Assembly: GCA_904063045.1 (NCBI GenBank) | Contig: CAJFCJ010000049.1 | Coordinates: 168,501-210,037 of the forward strand | DNA length: 41,537 bases | Direction of reading: 5' to 3' | From: Dimorphilus gyrociliatus | Taxonomy: Eukaryota > Animalia > Annelida | Shown here: positions 36,031-41,537 of the stretch, piece after piece | Numbering within the stretch: position 1 is the first letter of the stretch | How the letters are laid out: the number at the start of each line of letters is the position of its first letter | The notes under the pieces: generated by a model | Database searches by the model: none | The model's input: the letters and a program-made list of their open reading frames with translations, nothing else | Told to the model about the DNA's origin: nothing | Position numbers and translations under genes: made by a program

Positions 36031-36573
36031 TCTGTCTTGGTCTTCTTTGAAACTTTTCCCGGTCCCCCAAAATTGCCAACCTTCTTATAAGTTGGTTTTG
36101 CAATGTATTCCACTGTTGATTTCTTTAGCTTAAGAAAAGTTTAGTCATTTGAACCATTTTCAATTTCGTACAAGATATAGGGTATTGGCAAAAAAAATCC
36201 ATTAATCTTATTCTCTTTTTCAACAAATGTTCCATTTCTTCATAATAAAACTGTAATAGATTTCCAATGTTTTCGTACATAAAGCATAGCTATTCTGATT
36301 AGTTAAGGGGATAAAATAGTAAAATTTGTCAAAAAAGGTATCACATTTTCATTTGTGACTGTAGATTTTTAGTGACATTCATACTGACAAGTTTTCTTTT
36401 ATTCAGACTATTTATTTAAGTTTGTATATTTATATCATTCAACTGAAAATAACTTTCTTTCAAAACAAATATTTGAAAATTAATGTTTTAGAATCTCAGT
36501 AGTCCTCAGTACTTATATCAATCAACTGCAAAATAGTAACAATTTTCTGTAAAATAGTAGAACCAAGTAGAAT

Positions 36574-37060
36574 TTATAAGTTTTCTTCTTTAAAGTTTAA
36601 ATTTAGATGATTGTCCATATCTGATTTTATAATGACGTATCCTCTGATAAATTCTCTGCAAGAAGGACAATCTGATTTTGGAAGATTTGATAAACAATCC
36701 TTCCAAGTAATTACGTGATAACAAGGCAACAGTAGAATATTTGCTATATATTAAATTAAATTTTACATGTAAGATTAGTTTTTATCTTGCAAAATTCATT
36801 TGATTGACAACTAATTGAACAATCTAAGGAGCCTTCTGAATTTCTTAAATATAAACTGACTTTAGTTGAAAACTAAAGTCAAAATAACAAAGAAACATAG
36901 CAAAAAAAAGAGATGTAAATTACCTTTTGAACATTAAAAAGTAGAGTAAAAAAATTGGAAATTTATTCATTATATTATATCTGCAATCAGTAAAAGTTAT
37001 AAATTTTTTTAGAGTATTAACAACAGAATGCAGTCATCATGTTCATCACTTATTTCGCTT
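36574..37060 (-). pseudogene. C3HC4 RING (IAP/MDM-type) terminal-exon relic
   Basis: Exon 36743-36574 reads ANILLLPCYHVITWKDCLSNLPKSDCPSCREFIRGYV..* with one ligand Cys read as Trp. An upstream DCIL word lies near 37030. Confidence 0.6.
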
Positions 37061-37909
37061 TTGGACTTCTCTAGCCAGAAGTGATATGATGATAAATAAG
37101 TGAATTTAATACTGATTAGAACACAGAAAAACATGATTTCTCATGTTCATAGATAAAAAAATCCAGTAAAATAAAGTTACTGATAAAAAAATGGAACACT
37201 AGGAATTTTTAAAGGCTGACCATAAAAGATATTTTTCTCTATAAGAAAAAATATTTTTTACTTTTTATCTTTTAAATATTGTGTTAAAGTTTGATTTTTA
37301 CATCAATTTATATATAGAATAGGCAAAAAGTCCCCAGCCAACTTGTAAAATTTTTATTTTCGATATTAAGATATACTGAATAACTACTTTTAATTGGTAA
37401 TAATAATTATTAATATATATAAACTAATATTCTTTACAAAAGATTATCAAAAAATTGTTTTTCTGTTATAGAATCCAGTTTTAGTAATTATATCTCGAAA
37501 AAAGGGGTTAGTTAAAAGTGAGTCTTTTTGCCTATACTGTATATACATAAAATCCGGGACATTAAGCCCCTAAATTGGACATTTCATCTATTTTGCCAGA
37601 ACATTTTAAGACTCTTATGTAGACATTTATTTCTGATTATCCAGATTAACCATGCATTCAAAAAGAACACGTCACCAGTTTTATCTATAAAAGCTCATCA
37701 GTCTCTTATCTCTAGCTGTAAACTATACTGTTTTCTGTTTGAGTCATTTTCTGTTGATCCCAGAACTCATTGGATGAAAACGTTAACAAATCTTTGTCCT
37801 AATCCTAACCATTTTCAATAGCAAAACTAAAACTTTCTGAACTTTCTTTAATAGATTGATATTATTGGCATCAAAAGTCATTCTAAAAGTAAGTATTTTG
37901 TGAACATAT

Positions 37910-38007
37910 TTGAGGTTCTATTTGTGTGAGTACTTGAGCAAATTAATAAAGGATTGGAAAGGACCAATACAAATGTATGAGCTAGAAATTCCTACTATTA
38001 CAATACA
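37910..38007 (-). mobile_element. Partial, diverged third copy of LTR-like family B
   Basis: ggttctat..gagtactt..gattggaaaggac..aattcctactattacaataca aligns with 19457-19551. Confidence 0.6.
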
Positions 38008-38069
38008 ACCGAGCATATTGATGTCATTCGTCCTAAAGGCTTTCTTTGTACTTTTTGCAGTGTGGCAAA

Positions 38070-38245
38070 AAGCCCATTTTAACTGGTATTTCTTCTAAAA
38101 CAGGAAGAACATTTTGCACAATAAAATAACTTTAGGTCTCAGCATTTAACTTTTCAGTAATCTTCCAAACTTCAAATACTCCATCTGCGGTTATTAGTCC
38201 CAAACCATTACTCCATTGCTGCCCATATTTTTTTGCAACCCTTGT
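38070..38245 (-). mobile_element. Tc1 catalytic-domain fragment related to 12150-13664
   Basis: KNMGSNGVMVWGLITADGVFEVWKITEKLNAET*SYFIVQNVLPVLEE versus KNMGRGRVLVWGLITSDGVFEVWRIKKRLNAEIYSSFIVEDVLPVIEE. Confidence 0.8.
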
Positions 38246-38718
38246 GCACTTTGGAATTATAATATAAAGAATTATAATATAAAGACTTTAGATAGATCTT
38301 ATTTTAAAGGAATTAGAATAGTGAAATATTAGAAAAAACCACTTTTTGATGGAATTAATAACCCAAACCTAAGAAAGACCTTTTTTAGTGGAATTAGATG
38401 CTTTGAATTCTAGAAAGGCTTTTAGTTCGTACAAAGTAAAATTCTCTGAACAAAACAGATGTTGCCACAGTGGTATAAACAATGGAACAAAGAACAGGAA
38501 AAAATGCATGTCAAAATTGTTACATCTTATTCAATACCAGATGCTGAAAACTAAGGCTTGTTTTCGAAGTACCACATGCATAACCTATATGATATTACTG
38601 TTTTTCATACCTTTGTTGTACGTTCATTGTAAGATCATTACATTTCAACTTTGCGTTCCTTTGAACAATTGAACCCAAGCCTTGGCAAATGTATAAAAAG
38701 AAATGCATTTCCTTAGTT

Positions 38719-38976
38719 TGTCAGTTCAGTTTTAACTGTTAGCTAGTTGTTTAAGCTTGCTTGTTTAGAACTAAAACTCATTATACTCAATACATACTCT
38801 TTGCACGAAATACTGGCGGTTCATTGATTAATTTTGGCCGGAATTGCGTTTGTTGAGACTACCTGTGGGACGAACTTGAAAGGTGATATTTGGACCAGTA
38901 CTTTGGTTTATTGGTAAATGATTGGTGAGGACGAATTCAATCGTAATGAACTCGAGGTTCCTACAATTACCATACA
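38719..38976 (-). mobile_element. Putative solo LTR (family B), copy 2
   Basis: Collinear with 19293-19551, TG...CA ends, no TSD. Confidence 0.55.
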
Positions 38977-38984
38977 ATATAAAA

Positions 38985-39297
38985 CTTTTTATACCCATCG
39001 TTTGTGCAATGCTCTGTTCTTCATTTGTAATCTTTGGATGAGAAGATCAATTCTATACTTTAAGTTTGTTTTTTCAACTTCATCCAAATTTTTTTAAGGT
39101 AAACGTCTACCTCAAATTCCTTTGCTGCTGTCAACCTTTCCTTGTTTCTTTTCAGTCTCTTCATAATCCTTTTTATCCTACTGTTTTTCAATATTTCATG
39201 TATATAACTCTTTTTCAGTATAAATTTTAGACAAAAAAATTAAATTTTGAGCAAATATTAATTAATTAAATGTTGGCCTATCAAAATGTATAGTGTC
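38985..39297 (-). mobile_element. Deleted 5' relic of the DD34E Tc1 family
   Basis: cctttgctgctgtcaacctttcctt matches about 13035-13060. tataactctttttc..ttagacaaaaaaa..ttggcctatca matches 13541-13630. Confidence 0.75.
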
Positions 39298-39866
39298 TGT
39301 AAACTTATAAACTATAGTTTGTAGATATTTTATAAATGATACTTACTATATGGTAGAAGTGTTGAAGTAGATGTTGTCTCTGGGGTAGATGGTACCGAAC
39401 TGCCAGAATCAACCCCTTTTATAGGCAAAGGATAGGATGTTACATAACAAACATGTTGACAACAACAACAAGTGTTTATTTACATAAATATGATGTAAGA
39501 ATTGACCCTTGACCGGTAACCTACACAAAGTTGTTGTTGTTTACATCACTATTACATAATATGATAACCCTTGACCCTGTTTGTTGTGAACAATCCTTAT
39601 CTGGGGTTATGTTGTTGACAGCCAAGGCATAAACAACTGATAAGGAATTGTATAAAAGCAGGGCGTAGGCAGTAACAGGCATTCAGTCCTGAATCAACTC
39701 CCTTAGTGAACAGGTCTAGTATTACTTTAGAATACAGTTATATTATTCTTACGGTTTGGTTCTATATTCATCCTTCATCAATTCTACATCTCTCTTCTAA
39801 GTGGCTTACTCCTGGTTCGGTTCTATTTGGACTAGTACTTACCTACAACCTCAGCAGGAAAGTACA
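39298..39866 (-). mobile_element. Solo LTR (family A), copy 2, without matching TSD
   Basis: Reverse complement of 23464-24028 with few differences. Flanks gtgtc and gaaat do not match. Confidence 0.88.
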
Positions 39867-41537
39867 GAAATTATCATCAAATTACCTTGCAAAGTTATCA
39901 GTTACAAACAGTAATTTAAACATATTCAAACATTAGTTTTTTGCTCCAAATTTATATTTTTTAAATTTGACAAACAATAAACTTACAAAGATTGAAAATT
40001 ACTTGAACTATTCAAATAATTTATTAGAAATATTCAATATACCCCATAATCCATTGAGAAATATCACTAATTTAAAAATGTTCATTGCCTTGAGAGTAGT
40101 TGATTTATCGAATACGAAGATAACCGTAATATCTAGCAATAGTTTGAAATTTATGAAGAGATTATCTTATCTCTATATCAAAGATTGTAAATTATTAAAA
40201 AGTGAGAAAGACATCCTATTGATAAACAATTGAAAAGTGTTTGATTTATCTGGCAGCCATCTTACAAAGCGTTCATTAAAATTTTTAGTTCAAAATCTTA
40301 AAACCATTGAAATTATTAAAAGTAATTATTTTCTACTTTGTTGTTTCACTTTTAAATATGCAACAACAATTCAAAAATGCACACCAAAATCCTCAATATT
40401 TAATACATGTTCAAATTTAATTGCTTCAACACTACTCACTATATTTTTATGGTGTTTTGGTATTTTTGCTATAATTTTAAATGTTTTTACACTAAATTTT
40501 CACATAACATTATCAAATTCAAAACGTTCAAACTTGTTTTATATTTCAATGTCATTTTCCGATCTACTAACAGCTTTATACTTGATTTTCATTTGGGCGG
40601 TGAATGCTTACTTTAAGGGAAATTTTTTTGAGCATGAAGAAAATTGGTCATCTGGACAATTTTGTAAAATTTTAGGATGTATTATGAATTTTTCAATATT
40701 GTGCTCAACTTGTAGCCTTTTATTAATCAGCTATCAAAAATATCTAGCAATTGCCTTTCCAATGAATAATACTTTTACCAAAAAAAATATTCTACAATTG
40801 TCCATTGTAAATTTTTCTCTATGCCTCTTTTTCAGCTTTCTACCAGTTTACAACTTTGATGTGATTAATTAATTTCTTAAGTTTTTAATTGTTACGTTAC
40901 GGAATGTCAAATATTATATTATTTTTAAAAAACAGAACTATTTTGGCAATTCTCCAATATGTTTTAATTTATATATAAGAAGCGAATCAGGGATGGTTCA
41001 ATGTATTCTTATATCATTTTTGGAATCGTTATCTTTGCAATATCATTGCTAAATACAATGTTTTATATTCAAATTATAACTAAGGTTAAGGAACATAATA
41101 AAACTATTGCTCTTGTAAAGAATACCGGAAGTAGGACCTTATCAAAGTCTATATATTTAATTATCTTTTCAAATCTTTTGTGTTCTCTTCCAATATCATT
41201 TCTAGGTTTGTTGAGTTGTATTTTTAAAGTGGTTTAAGAGAAAATCTCCACCAAACACCAAATAGGACTGGAATGAGGTGTGAACAACTGCAAACTGATT
41301 TAATTCGAGAATTCACACTAAATTTCTCTCCTGCACACCAAAACAATTTCTCATCACTTTTCTCTTATTAGGAATAATATCAATGCTATTTGAATTTAAA
41401 ATGAGTAATGAAGTATATACAATTATTATCATAGTTTTCATTCCCTTAAACTCAATTTTGAATCCTTTATTCCATTCATACGGAAAATGTTTGGAAAGAA
41501 TGAAGATAAAGAAAATGGAAAATGATAAGAGATGTAA
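39867..41537 (+). pseudogene. GRL101: GRL101/LGR-type receptor 3' part (LRRs + hinge + 7TM), 5'-truncated at an LTR and running off the window end; symbol is family-level only
   Basis: One frame from 39867 to about 40861 with in-frame TAG (39934-39936) and TGA (40231-40233). LRR words LNLTNNKL and VVDLSNTKI, hinge LCC..KCTP..TCSNLI, SDLLTALYL, WSSGQFCKILG, NYFGNSPIC, TM7 PLNSILNPLFH. Frameshift near 40990, two introns. Confidence 0.85.

Noticed and set aside
38255-38284. 15-bp tandem duplication aattataatataaag x2 as an excision footprint
   Set aside because: Low-complexity slippage is sufficient to explain it.
23464-39866. Inversion by recombination between the two inverted LTR-A copies
   Set aside because: Copy 1 retains matching TSDs and collinear MULE sequence on both sides.
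5757-40233. Stop-codon reassignment or readthrough as an explanation for the many in-frame stops
   Set aside because: The stops are a mix of TAA, TAG and TGA, several one substitution from the expected codon. They co-occur with frameshifts and motif losses, and the intact gene and Tc1 ORF terminate normally at TAA.
831-40616. Many short ORFs in the track, for example 831-1124, 10482-10766, 12465-12683, 23263-23529, 39706-39936 and 40407-40616
   Set aside because: They are antisense or alternate-frame shadows of the genes and transposons above, or run through LTR sequence.
1-41537. CRISPR arrays, rRNA, tRNA genes, prokaryotic or viral inserts
   Set aside because: No regularly spaced repeats or RNA-gene signatures, and the coding remnants have spliceosomal introns or belong to eukaryotic transposons.

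Overview
This is AT-rich metazoan genomic DNA with many very short GT-AG introns (about 50-70 bp). The gene families suggest a compact-genome invertebrate, possibly a lophotrochozoan, but that is inference and the species is not established. Only one gene reads intact across all exons: a 10-exon NRF-6-like membrane acyltransferase (842-4784, minus strand) with a mariner relic in one intron. The rest is decayed or fragmentary genes: RI-type LRR, PHD finger, a secreted protein with two copies of an unnamed domain, a class I methyltransferase 3' part, a GRL101-type LDLa-LRR 5' part, an LRR relic, a type II membrane multi-MAM protein ending in a dead trypsin domain, a RING relic, and a GRL101-type LRR-7TM 3' part. 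These are interleaved with a near-intact DD35E Tc1 element, a DD34E Tc1 element and its relics, a MULE relic, at least three solo-LTR-like families, and a MITE family with a telomere-like core whose ends resemble the MULE end. No rRNA, tRNA or CRISPR array was found. All alignments and translations outside the ORF track were done by eye, so boundaries may be off by a few bases. Several frameshifts fall in homopolymer runs and could be assembly errors.
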